Position numbers and translations under genes: made by a program. 64,000 bases of DNA, taken from Strigamia acuminata. Its lineage: Eukaryota. The stretch spans positions 20,088,001-20,152,000 of the forward strand of contig OX442314.1 of the NCBI GenBank assembly GCA_949358305.1. The letters run 5' to 3'. The notes under the pieces were generated by a model. It worked only from the letters and a program-made list of their open reading frames with translations, had not been told where the DNA came from and searched no databases. Shown here piece by piece: positions 1 to 11,762 of this stretch (position 1 is its first letter; every line of letters begins with the position of its first letter).

Positions 1-1519
1 TTCAAAGTCTTGGTCTCAATGCGAGAGAAATTACTAAACAACTGGAAAGTTCAGGAGGAGGTTTCAATGCAAACATAAATCAAAACAATGCCTTTTCACC
101 TACTTTTGGAAATTTGGGATCTATTGGAACCATTGGTGCGAGGGAATTCACCGATAAAGTGCGAAGTTCAGTAGCAGGATTGAAAACAAATGTAAATGGA
201 CTTCCTGATTTTTCAAGCAAGATTGGAAATATTGGAGACATTCAAAGTCTTGGTCTCAATGCGAGAGAAATTACTAAACAACTGGAAAGTTCAGGCGGAG
301 GATTCAATACAAATATAAATCAAAATAACGAATTTTCGCCAAATTTCGGAAATGTTGGCAATATTGGAGCCATTGGTGGGAGAGCAGCGCATGGTTCTGG
401 ATTCAATACAGACGGTATTAAACCGAAAGAACTTGCAGCAGAAACATACTGGGTTGCAAAACTGCGCGATTTATTAGACGGCTTCACTGAACAAGAGATT
501 ACCTATTATGCAAATTATTTCCTGAAATCTGTCTTGAAGTTTTTCTTCCCTGGAAATTCAGCACAGGCACCGGCACACAACGCTGAATACTTTTTTGATT
601 TCCGTAAAATTCACATACCGAAAGGTCACAGGTAATTACTACCATATACCTCCCATGTCAATATACAGGGTGGTCAGAAAGTCTGGTTCTCAGTAAATAA
701 TTCCCAAACTGTTCTAGATGTTGATTCAGCAAAATTATTGTAAGGGTAGTATTTCGGGGGAAATCCAATTATGATATCCAATTTGACCTTTGAGGTCATC
801 TTCAAGGTCATCCATATTGTAACTCGAGAACCGTGACAGATGGAGCAAAAAAGTGAATTAGAAAGTTACAGAGGCATCATCCAATTAGTCTAGAACCGTT
901 CTTAAAAAAATTATTTCATACTGAAAAGTTTTGAGAAAAAAGGTCTGAAACATTAGTCTACTCAGCATTGTAACTCAGCTTTGTAACCTAAAACTATTGA
1001 GGCAACCAAGCTAATCCTCAATTAGGACACTTTATTTGGTCATACTTTTAAGTGGAAGAGAGGAAACACAAAAGAAAAGAAATAATTTATTTGGGCAATA
1101 CACTTCAACATGATAGTTTTAGGTTACAAAGCTGAGTAGACTAACGTTTCAGAGCTTTTTTCTCAAAACTTTTCAGTATGAAATAATTTTTTTAAGAACG
1201 GTTCTAGACTAATTGGATGATGCTCTATAACTTTCTAATTCACTTTTTTGCTCCATCTGTCACGGTTCTCAAGTTACAATATGGATGACCTTGAAGATGA
1301 CCTCAGAGGTCAAATTGAATGTCATAATTGGATTTCCCCCGACATACTACCTATACAATAATTTTGCTGAATCAACATCTAGAACAGTTTGGAAATTATT
1401 TACTGAGAACCAGACTTTCTGACCACCCTGTATTGTGATTGAGTTTGATTTATTGTTTTTTACTTTACATTTTTGCTAGGCATTCACAAGAATCAGCTGA
1501 CAGTAGTGCTAGCGTGTAA
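1..1519 (+). CDS. G1: 3' part of a secreted-repeat family gene (exon <1-631, last exon 1480-1519)
   Basis: Open frame with ~240-bp tandem units containing the family motif SGGGFN(A/T)NINQNN.FSP.FGN.G.IG.IG; donor AG|GTAATT at 632; acceptor TTTTGCTAG|G at 1480 continues in frame as HSQESADSSASV*; AATAAA near 1597. Confidence 0.7.
666..1430. mobile_element. Tc1/mariner-type MITE with ~300-bp TIRs, in the last intron of G1
   Basis: CAGGGTGGTCAGAAAGTCTGG...CCAGACTTTCTGACCACCCTG flanked by TA on both sides. Confidence 0.9.
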
Positions 1520-2225
1520 ACGTGAATCGCCGAAAGATTTGGTACAAACAAAATACAAAGTTTCGCTATTTCAAAATTTAACTATCAGATCCTAAAATAA
1601 AATTGTATTATTTGACAGATAAAATACGTTATTTATTACAAGAAATTAAAGAATAAAAGCTTGTTGAATTAGAATCTGTACCACACCCAATACATACAGC
1701 GCAGGACAGAACATTGGTTGAGTTGGATAAATGATTAAAAAGAAAACAATTTTCAAAATATAACCAAACTAATAATAGATTTGCATTTTAATCATGCTGA
1801 AATAATGTGACAATAAGTACAAGATTGATCTCTTTCTCACCAATACAAAAAAAAAAAAAAAAAAAATTTAACCTTAGAAATCAGTGACAAAACTTTGCTA
1901 CAGCAATTTCTCTCTCTTTCTTTCACATATTCTTGTCCAGGACCACTTGATACATATTTGCATTTTGACTTTCATTTAAAAAAACAATTTTATTTTTTTT
2001 CTTGCATCCAAATGCACCCCAAACCATAACTTATTCTCCTTCAAAGTTTCTACTCAAGCACATCATATTGTTCTTTCGTAAATCATGCCAGTAATATTTA
2101 AGCCTTCTGGGCCATCCAGATTGAATTTATTTTCATTTTTGAACACAACTTTTTGCCACTCATTGATCCAGAAAACATGTTTTTCTGCCCATTCCAATCT
2201 TGGTTTGATTTGATGAGGCTTCAAC

Positions 2226-2515
2226 GATTATAGTCATTTTAGCGATGCTCATTTTAGCGATTTTTATGAAAAAGACCCATTTTAGCGTACATGTCATTTT
2301 AGCGACACAAAAACCTAGGTTTTAGCGACAAGCCGGCTCAAAAAAGTGGTTTTCATCAAAAAACCAGTAAGGTTAGGTTCGCGGGGGGTCAAGGGGGGTT
2401 AGCCCTTCTTAGGAATTAAACCTAGGTTTTTGTGTCGCTAAAATGACATGTTCGCTAAAATGGTGTGTTGCTAAAATGAAATCGCTAAAATGAAATCGCT
2501 AAAATGATGTACATC
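2226..2515. mobile_element. MITE with ATTTTAGCGA/TCGCTAAAAT subterminal repeats, inserted in Tc3 copy 1
   Basis: Absent from Tc3 copy 2; inverted arrays of ATTTTAGCGA; related sequence at ~30490-30705. Boundaries approximate. Confidence 0.6.
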
Positions 2516-2797
2516 ATCACTACAAATTTAATTGTTGCATTTATTGCTTGCTTCTCTGATTATTTGACGCCTTGCACGCGCACTTGTACTTGTAGTCTTG
2601 GGCCATCCTCCTAGTTTTTTTTAGACCATACTGAGCACCTAATTTTAGATAATTCCTTAAAACCTTTTCAGATCTTCCAATTCTCTTTGCAATTTCAACA
2701 TTAGAGAAGCCTAATTCTTTAAATGCATCAATTTTTCCTCTTTCATGCAAAGTTAGCCTTTTTGCAGAACCCATCTTGGAAAATAAAATAATATGCA

Positions 2798-3040
2798 TGT
2801 GAAATCCATTGGGAAATTTCCCGCATAGGTTCGAATCCTATCAACTGCGCCATGTGAGTCTATTACGATGTGACTTGGGTTAAAGTTTGCATAAGACTGA
2901 TTTATTTAACAAAATACAAAATGGCGTATAGTGGGGATTAGCGGGAGCCAATCCGTTAACCCCTTACAAGACGGGACGCCCCCTTACGGTAGGGAGGCTG
3001 ACTAGGGACAGGGGACGGAGTCCGGTGTCCGGGAGTCACA
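2798..3040 (-). mobile_element. Solo LTR (2853-3040) plus PBS extended into the 3' half of tRNA-Ser; 5-bp TSD ATGCA
   Basis: ATGCA at 2793-2797 and 3041-3045; empty site in the paralog at ~10485; LTR TGTGACTC...GACTCACA with AATAAA on the minus strand, followed by TGGCGCAG PBS. Confidence 0.8.
2800..2852 (+). pseudogene. 3' half of tRNA-Ser(TGA)-like sequence ending in CCA
   Basis: TGAAATCCATTGGGAAATTTCCCGCATAGGTTCGAATCCTATCAACTGCG-CCA: anticodon arm 3' side, long variable arm, GGTTCGAATCC T-arm; no 5' half. Confidence 0.75.
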
Positions 3041-4368
3041 ATGCAAATGAGGTTGCACTTTGGGTCTGGAAAAACAAATTTTGAATTAATTTTCCTACTA
3101 TTATTATTATTTTCAGGAGTAATCCTAAAATGGCCAAAGTTTTGTCGTAGATATCAAAAGATGAAATTTGATTTTTTGATTTTTTTATATCTGTGAGAAA
3201 GAGATCACTCTTAAACTTTTTGTAACAATATTTCAGCATGATTAAAATGCAAATCTGGTGTTAGTTTGGTTATATTTTGAAAATTGTTTACTTTTCAATC
3301 ATTTATCCAATTCGGCCAAAGTTTTGTCCTGCACTGTAGTAGTTGAAAGCATTAATTCTTTACAACTGATTTAGCTTTAGAATTTCCAATATAATAGCCC
3401 GTCAAAATATTTCCAATAATTGCAATAGAAATGGTGTGAATGTTGGCACATGCAATAATCTGGTCTGTTTTAAGTCAATAGCATTATTCAACTAGTTAAA
3501 AACAAAGTTAGTTTTACAAAAGGTGGATTAAAGTTATCGAGATTATCTCAAGAACAAGAAATACAAAATATGTTAAAGCAGTAAGTCCCAGATGTGAATT
3601 ACACAAAGATATGAAATGTTTCCCCTACATACACTAAATGCTCAATAAATTTTACAACATTTAAGAAATACTATTACAAAGTTAAAAATTTCCTACCACG
3701 TATTATTGTGTAATTGTTATGACTTAACATTAAAATACGACACTAAAAATTAGATATTGCACCTAAACAAAACACAATATTACTGGTGCATTGAAAATTA
3801 CATATGGCAGCATGGGAGCCATTTTAATTGGTGGTCATACCCCACCAGTACCAATCTTAAAAATTTGTTGTAGGAAAACAGTTTTATACTCAAGTTGCCA
3901 ACTCAAAACCAATCTATAAGTCGTTGGTAAACTCAATTTATTCGCACATTTTTTTCCCTAAAATTTGATTAAATTACGTTATTCACAGTTATGTTGTTCA
4001 ATTTAATGTTTTATTCAAGACCTGAAGTCCATTCTGTCTACAATGAATGTAGCTAATGTTATTATAATGTGATTATTATTATTATTTAACTATCAATTTC
4101 TAACGTAATTTCATTCAGGATATCAACACATTTCGTCATCATCATTGTTTCACTGTTTTTACAGGGTCGCCACCCAACTAAAGGAAGCAAGAGCAGTAAG
4201 AATTTCGGTGATAAGTACAACCTCTGGCAAAAAGTATTCGATCGATCAATCACAACAAAAAACCAAGAATTTGTACAATAATTTATACACAAAACATTTC
4301 ATTCACTTAACGTAATAGAAGAAGACAAAAGTTACAAAGCAGTGATAATTTGAAAAAAAATAAACAAT

Positions 4369-6053
4369 AGGTGCATTCAATATCGATAAGGAGAAGTGAC
4401 TTCTTTCACTTATTTGACTTCTCACAACCGGATATGACGACTTTTGTGTCATATCTCTGATATGTCGTTTTGAAAGAAGTCAAATAAGTGAAGTAAGGAG
4501 AAGTGAAAAAATAGTTACTTCTTCTTATGTATAAGCATAGAGTAAAGACAGTAAGAGCTGGCACTCTCTGTCGGAAGCTTTGTAGTTTGTGCAATCATTG
4601 TTGCGTCATAAACGTCATATCGACGGTGGCGCCCTCGTGTGGTTGGTATGCTGATCGTGTGGCTCTGCTACTAGCTAGCAATGCATTGGAGCTGTAAATG
4701 TCCAAATATCCATTAGATAAATTAAGGTTTTATGTTATTTTTAAGATATTTATTTAAAAATAACAATTTTATTTTATTCTAGAACAGAAATGTGTGGAGA
4801 GACATATATAATGGACTCAATTTTTAATATCATCTGTTTACACATGTTGACATGTAGTTAAAATAGGCTGAATAGGTTAAAATAGGTAGTGAGTAATATT
4901 TAATTAAAAGAGGTACAACAACAGAATCCAAGCAAAGTAATTTGGCTTTATTTTGGTAAAAAATGGAGTAAAGTCTGATGAATTTCTTTTAATTGTTTTG
5001 GTCATAAAATGATGAATTTTAGACCAAATTAGTAATAAAATAATGAATTTTGAACCAAATTGGACATAAAATAATAAATTTTGGTCAAGATTGATCAAAA
5101 ACTGCTGATTTGTGCTCAAAATTGGTCAAAAACTACTGATTTGTGCTCAAAATTGATAAAAAAAACTAATGAATTTTGATCAAAATTGGTCAAAAACTGA
5201 TCAATTTTAATCAAAATTTGTCAAAAACTGATCAATTTTAATCAAAATTTGTCAAAAACTGATTATTTTTGCTCAAAATTTGTCAAAAACTGATTATTTT
5301 TGCTCAAAATTTGTCAAAAACTGATTATTTTTGCTCAAAATTTGTCAAAAACTGATTATTTTTGCTCTATTCTGATTAAAAACTGATTATTTTTTATCCA
5401 TATTGGTCAAAATTAATGATTTTTTATTCATAAATTGATGAGTTGTAGGCATTGCAATAATTTCCATTGCTGTTTAGAGGTGCCATTGTCCAATTATTTT
5501 AATTATTTTAATTATTTCAATTATTTCGGGTATCTCACAGTTGATCTGGTACTGTTCGTAGCATACCCACCACTATGAGCGCTAGTGTCGATTGGAGGCG
5601 TGGCCTGATGGCGCCAAAAACGAGAGAGTGCCGACTCTTTCTGTCTTTACTCTATGGTATAAGTCACTTAAATGATGGTGCGCATGCGCATATCGCCTGG
5701 TTTCGCCTCGTTTTGGAAATTTTTGGCCGCCATCTTTTCCGATCTAATTCGCACGCCGCAATGTTGCCTAAAACAAAAAAAATATGTGCTCTAAAATTCT
5801 AAAAACCACATGAACTTCTAATTAATACAAGAAAAAGAGATGCATGTGGTTTTTAGAATTTTAGAGCACATATTTTTTTTTGACGAATGCGAGATTGACA
5901 TTTGTTGCGGCCGCACGCTAGTTGACAAATTTTCTCCGTGTTTTTCTCCGTTTTAAGCGCGTTCAAACATGAGTCACTTCTTTCAAATGACTTATTTAAT
6001 CAACTATCAACTTAAGGAGAAGTCACTTCTCCTTATCGATATTGAATGAACCT
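4369..6053. mobile_element. TIR element (AGGTGCATTCAATATCGATAAGGAGAAGTGAC...) with AAT duplication
   Basis: Inverted termini; empty site TAAACAATATCA in the paralog at ~12289. Confidence 0.8.
4536..5656. mobile_element. Nested MITE with CATAGAG termini (P-element-like), 7-bp TSD GTATAAG; internal ~31-bp tandem repeat ~5090-5400
   Basis: CATAGAGTAAAGACAG...CTGTCTTTACTCTATG; GTATAAG at 4529-4535 and 5657-5663. Superfamily is inferred from the CAT terminus and TSD length. Confidence 0.75.
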
Positions 6054-6272
6054 AATATCAAAAAGTTAGGTATTTTTGTGGACCACCCTGGGGAGAAAGA
6101 AAAATTCAACATAACGGCGAGGAGAAAATGTTTTGTGCATAAATTATTATTTAAACTGAAAAAAAAAAAAAAAAAAAAAAAAAAAACATTTTGAATTGGA
6201 ATCAATGCATGTGGTGACTGATCAAACACTTTTTGGCCGTTTGCTAGGGATTGTATGTTTACGCCGTAACTA

Positions 6273-6502
6273 TACTCTGGCCATGTGTAAGTTGAGCCTA
6301 AATCCGAGCCTCACAACTCACTCTGTGCTGCCGCCAGGGAAAATAGTTCAGAGTTTATTGCTTGCTTCTTCCAGAAATCTTAGAACGTTCGCTTACTATT
6401 TCAGTAAATCGGTTGCAATTCTGGTGTTTGGATCTATTTTCTTGTATCACTACACCAGAGAAAAGGCTCGGATTTAGGCTCAACTTACACATGGCCAGAG
6501 TA
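6273..6502. mobile_element. TA-TSD MITE (TACTCTGGCCATGTGTAAGTTGAGCC TIR)
   Basis: ~38-bp perfect TIR; empty site CGTAACTAGAGAAATG at ~12477. Confidence 0.85.
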
Positions 6503-6863
6503 TAGAGAAATGAAGGAACAGCTGCACTCAAAACGTATTGCACATGTACTTATGTTAGTGGTTAATTTGTGAGCATTTTGCGTAACGTATTATTTTTCAA
6601 AATAACTGCCAAAATGGAATAATTTTAACCTGCCTTTTTCGTAAAGAAAAAGTATACAACTATAGTAACATACAACTGCATACAGATTCAAGCGTTTGCT
6701 TGAATTACTGATAGACTTGTGCGCTGGGGATAATCTCTCGGCATTTAACCAGTAAGTTACTATTAAACGTGGAACAAAATGGATGCCTTGCCTTGACGAT
6801 GAACCATATTACACAGCTCGCCCTATAGTGGAAAAACAATTTTTTTAATGAAGCGCTGACGTT

Positions 6864-7773
6864 GAGGCGCATGATATATCGCGAAAAAAGAAATCGCGAA
6901 CCCCAAAAAAAGCGACATTTGAAATCGCTACTTGTGGAATCGCGAATCGTGTTAGCGCAAACTCTCACTGGCGCGAACTCAAACTGGCGCTAATTGGACA
7001 CGCGCGAAAAAAGCAATCGCGAAATAAACAAATCGCGAACAATCGCGAAAAAAGCAATCGCGAAATAAACAAATCGCAAAAAATCGCGAATAAAACAAAT
7101 CGCGAAAAATCGCGAAAAAACACAAACATCACAAACATCACAAACATCACAAACTGCAAATAATCGAGCCCGTTTCGCCGCCAGTTTCGCCGCCCGTTTC
7201 GCCGCCCGTTTCACCGCCCGTTTCACCCGTTGGACGCACATTACGGAGTGTCCGAGGTAGGATGGCAGCAGCAAATTCACCACCACCCGCAAATCCAGCG
7301 GTTACGCAGCGTGGACGAGGGCGTGGACGAGGGCGAGGGCGAGGGCGTGGGCGTGGGCGAGGACGTGGCCATTCAATGGGAATGGGAATGACGTCACGTA
7401 CAAACACGAAACGAGTTTTGCATACGTTTTAGACTTTTTGAATGCACCTACTGTAAAGTTTTTGTGTTCGTTCTTTGTTTCATTTTGTTAATAAGTTAAA
7501 TAAATAGTTTCAATTTTTTGCATTTTTTCGATTTTTTCAATTTTTTCCATTTTTTTTTGATTTTTCCTCAATTTCGCGTTTTCCTAATTTCGCGTTTTCT
7601 TTTTTCGAATTTTTTGTAACATTTCGCTAAAGTTTGATTCGCGATTTCTTTTTTCGCGATTTTTTCTTTCGCGATTCCTTTTTTCGCGCCTACTTCCGTA
7701 TGAAAAAACAAATCCCGATTTTCGCGATTCCTTATTTTCGCGATTTCTTTTTTCGCGATACATCCGCCACCCC
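6864..7773. mobile_element. Mutator-like MITE with ATCGCGAA subrepeats, TSD CTGACGTT
   Basis: CTGACGTT at 6856-6863 and 7774-7781; empty site at ~12838; inverted TCGCGA-rich ends; internal microsatellites. Confidence 0.75.
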
Positions 7774-8226
7774 CTGACGTTTAGTTTTCTTGTTTCAGCA
7801 TAAAAATCAAATACTAAAACACTAAAAACACCATTTTTTGAATGCATCTACTATCAATTTGATCTAAAACTAGATTTCAATTTATATTTCCATTATTATG
7901 TTTTTAGATTATCATGGTAACTATAAAGGTGACGATGTTGAGAGACCCGACCACCATCATCACCACCAACACCATCGTCATTCCTCAAAAACAGACAATT
8001 ATTATAATAAAGCGCAAGGAACAGGAGCAGACGAACCAAACGAACCTCTTCAAGCACGATACACTGATGTGCCTATGCCATCTACTTTGAAAGGCAGACT
8101 AGCAAATGGACCTCTTGTAGGAAGAGCAGTAGATCTAACATACCCAGGTCTTATACGCAGAGATATGGGTGTACCCGAGTCATCTGATTTGCAAGGAAGA
8201 TTTTCAAAAGGGCCGCTTGTAGCCGG

Positions 8227-8743
8227 CTGAAAAGTTTTGAGAAAAAAGTTCTGAAACGTTAGTCTACTCAGCTTTGTAACCTAAAACTATCATGTTGGAA
8301 TGCATTTCTAAAATAAATTACGGAGTATTTCTTTTCTTTTGTGTTTCCTCTCTTTCAATTACTAGTATGACCAAATAAAGTGTCCTAATTGAGGATTAGC
8401 TTGGTTGCCTCAATAGTTTTAGGTTACAAAGCTGAGTTACAATGCTGAGTAGACTAATGTTTCAGACCTTTTTTCTCAAAACTTTTCAGTATGAAATATT
8501 TTTTTTAAGAACGGCTCTAGACTAATTGGATGATGCTCTATAACTTTCTAATTCACCTTTTTGCTCTATCTGTCACGGTTCTCGAGTTACAATATGGATG
8601 ACCTTGAAGATGACCTTAGAGGTCAAATTGGATATCGTAATTGGATTTCCCCCGACATACTACCCTTACAATAATTTTGCTGAATCAACATCTAGAACAG
8701 TTTGGGAATTATTTACTGAGAACCAGACTTTCTGACCACCCTG
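8227..8743. mobile_element. Partial copy of the 666-1430 MITE at the duplicated site, internal segment inverted
   Basis: Right TIR and right flank match 1430 onward; internal sequence is the reverse complement of ~990-1120. Confidence 0.85.
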
Positions 8744-9014
8744 TATTGTGATTGAGTTTGATTTATTGTTTTTTACTTTACATTTTTGCTAGGCATTCAC
8801 AAGAATCAGCTGACAGTAGTGCTAGCGTGTAAACGTGAATCGCCGAAAGATTTGGTACAAACAAAATACAAAGTTTCGCTAATTCAAAATTTAACTATCA
8901 GATCCTAAAATAAAATTGTATTATTTGACTGATATACAGTAATACGTTATTTATTACAAGAAATTAAAGAATAAAAGCTTGTTGAATTAGAATCTGTACC
9001 ACACCCAACACATA

Positions 9015-10780
9015 CAGCACAGGACAGAACATTGGTTGAGTTGGATAAATGATTAAAAAGAAAACAATTTTCAAAATATAACCAAACAATAAGTACAAGA
9101 GTGATCTCTTTCTCACCAATACAAAAAAATAAAAAAAAATAAAATTTCAACCTTACCGTATTACCTCACATAAAGCGGCATGCTGCTGGGCATGGGTTTA
9201 CCAGCTTTTCAAAATTGGGCACAAAAAATTTATACCGGCATGCCGGTATACAACGAAACATGCCGGTATAAGTGAAAAAACTGTTTTTTTGTGTTTTTCT
9301 TTAAAAGAGCCCAGATGAATAATTATGTTAAAATTTGGGCCTGAAATTGAAGTTTTCTTGATATTCTAAAGATTACTGCTAAACTTTTAGAAATATTTGT
9401 AGAAATTTAGATCAATTTCCTACATCTTGGACATTTAAATATGCGTTTTAAGCATGTTTTGGGCTCAAAATTAAAAAAAAAAATTGTACTCACTTACACC
9501 GGCATGCCGTTATAAACGAGGTTTATCGGCATGCCGGTATAACTCGAAATATACCGGCATGCGGCTTAATGTGAGGTAATACGGTATAAATCAGTGACAA
9601 AACTTTGGCCTGTTCTTCAAATTCTTCAAAATCAATTAAACTTTAATACTTAATTCCTTTCCCACAATGTTTAATAACTTCAATGCATCTTGTATACATT
9701 GAATTAATTAGTTTTTTACAACTTTCATCAGTGATGGACTCCAAAGCTCTTTCAATGAATACTTGCATTATCCACTGAAAAATCCACTTTGCTACAGCCA
9801 TTCCTCTCTCTTTCTTCCACATATTCTTGTCCAGGACTACTTGATACATATTTGCATTTTAGTTTTCATTCAAAAAAACAATTTTATTTTTTTTCTTGCA
9901 TCCAAATGCACCCCAAACTATATATAACATATCCTCCTTCAAAGTTTCTACTCAAGCACAGCTCATTGTTTTTTCGTAAATCATGCCAGTAATATTTAAG
10001 CCTTCTGGGCCATCCAGATTATATTTATTTTCATTACTGAACACAACTTTTTGCCATTCATTGATCCAGGAAACAAGTTTTTCTGCCCATTCCAATCTTG
10101 GTTTGATGTGATGAGGCTTCAAAGCTGGTTTAGCCTTTAATTTTGTGTATTTCAGATGAAGGGTCTGTTGCAAAACACGTTGTACAATACATACACTACA
10201 ATCGAGTTGGCATTTCTCTTTAATTGTTGCATTTATTGCTTGCTTCTCTGATTATTTGACGCCTTGCACGCGCACTTGTAGTCTTGGGTCATCCTCCTGG
10301 GTTTTTTTAGACCATATTACCGGTAAGCACCTAATTTTAGATAATTCCTTAAAACCTTTTCAGATCTTCCAATTCTCTTTGCAATTTCAACATTAGAGAA
10401 GCCTAATTCTTTAAATGCATCAATTTTTACTCTTTCAAGCAAAGTTAGCCTTTTTACAGAACCCATCTTGGAAAATAAAACAATATGCAAAGGAGGTTGC
10501 ACTTTGGGTCTGGAAAAACAAATTTTGAATTAATTTTCCTACTATTATTATTATTTTCAGGAGTAATCCTAAAATGGCCAAAGTTTTGTCGTAGATATCA
10601 AAGGTTAAAATTTGATTTTTTGATTTTTTTATATTTGTGAGAAAGAGATCACTCTTAAACTTGTTGTAACATTATTTCAGCATGATTAAAATGCAAATCT
10701 GGTGTTAGTTTGGTTATATTTTGAAAATTGTTTACTTTTCAATCATTTATCCAATTCGGCCAAAGTTTTGTCCTGCACTG
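9015..10780 (-). mobile_element. Degenerate Tc3-like transposon, copy 2 (transposase remnants 9643-10466)
   Basis: HTH N-terminus, W.KVVFSNENKYNLDGPEG (cf. Tc3 WSKVVFSDEKKFNLDGPDG), C-terminal SMYTRCIEVIKHCGKGIKY; frameshifts; TA-flanked TIRs. Confidence 0.9.
9156..9584. mobile_element. CCGTA-terminal TA-TSD MITE (Tc2/pogo-like) inside Tc3 copy 2
   Basis: CCGTATTACCTCACAT...ATGTGAGGTAATACGG, TA on both sides; absent in copy 1. Confidence 0.85.
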
Positions 10781-11544
10781 TAGTAGTTGAAAGCATTAAT
10801 TCTTTACAACTGATTTAGCTTTAGAATTTCCAATATAACAGCCCGTCAAAATATTTCCAATAATTGCAATAGAAATGGTGTGAATGTTGGCACATGCAAT
10901 AATCTGGTCTGTTTTAAGTCAATAGCATTATTCAACTAGTTAAAAACAAAGTTAGTTTCACAACAGGTGGATTAATGTTATCGAGATTATCTCAAGAACA
11001 AGAAATACAAAATATGTTAAAGCAGTAAGTCCCAGATGTGAATTACACAAAGATATGAAATGTTTTCCCTACACACACTAAATGCTCAATAAATTTTACA
11101 ACGTTTAAGAAATACTATTACAAAGTTAAAAATTTCCTACCACGTATTGTGTAATTGTTATGACTTACATGTAACATTAAAATACGACACTAAAAATTAG
11201 ATATTGCACATAAACAAAACACAATATTACTGGTGCATTGAAAATTACATATGGCAGCATGTGAGCCATTTTAATTGGTGGTCATACCCCAGCAGTACCA
11301 ATCTTAAAAATTTGTTATAGGAAAACAGTTTTATACTCAAGTTGCCAACTCAAAACCAATCTATAAGTCGTTGGTAAACTCAATTTATTCACACATTTTT
11401 TTCCCTAAAACTTGATTAAATTACGCTATTCACAGTTATGTCGGTCAATTTAATGTTTTATTCAAGATCTGCAGTCCATTCTGTCTACAATGAATGTAGC
11501 TAATGTGATTATTATTATTATTTAACTATCAATTTCTAACGTAA

Positions 11545-11762
11545 TTTCATTCAGGATATCAACAAAAACATTTAAACAAGGCATTGTCTTATTAATGATG
11601 TTAATGAATAGCCGATTGTATTCAAGTTTATTACTACAGATTTAAACATTTTAATTTTACCTGAAATTGATATTCAAATTAAAATTACCCGATGTTTAGA
11701 ACAAGAGCACATTAAATCAAAGATAGTTTAATGTGTTAAGATCACATTTGTGAGTCGCCAGG
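11545..11762 (+). promoter_or_regulatory. Conserved upstream block of the gene family (G3 copy)
   Basis: TTCAGGATAT..TTCAAGTTTATTA..CTGAAATT..AGCACATTAAATCAAAG..CCAGGATG recurs just before the ATG of G4-G9. Confidence 0.55.

Larger units (their letters stand above)
1697..3336 (-). mobile_element. Degenerate Tc3-like (Tc1/mariner) transposon, copy 1
   Basis: TA-flanked TIRs (CAGTGCAGGACAAAACTTTGG-like); N-terminal HTH MGSAKRLTLHERGKIDAFKELGFSNVEIAKRIGRS resembles Tc3 transposase; DDE region fragmented and interrupted by insertions. Confidence 0.85.
4165..8230 (+). pseudogene. G2: truncated paralog of G3 (exon 2 4165-4195, exon 3 7908-8227)
   Basis: Near-identical to G3, but the ~320 bp holding the upstream block and exon 1 is deleted at ~4128; exon 3 is cut at ~8227 by a MITE junction. 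Confidence 0.75.

Noticed and set aside
2800..2852. Functional tRNA-Ser gene
   Set aside because: 5' half and A-box missing; the encoded CCA indicates a reverse-transcribed origin.
6965..7407. RPRPRP / RAAK ORFs
   Set aside because: Microsatellites inside a MITE.
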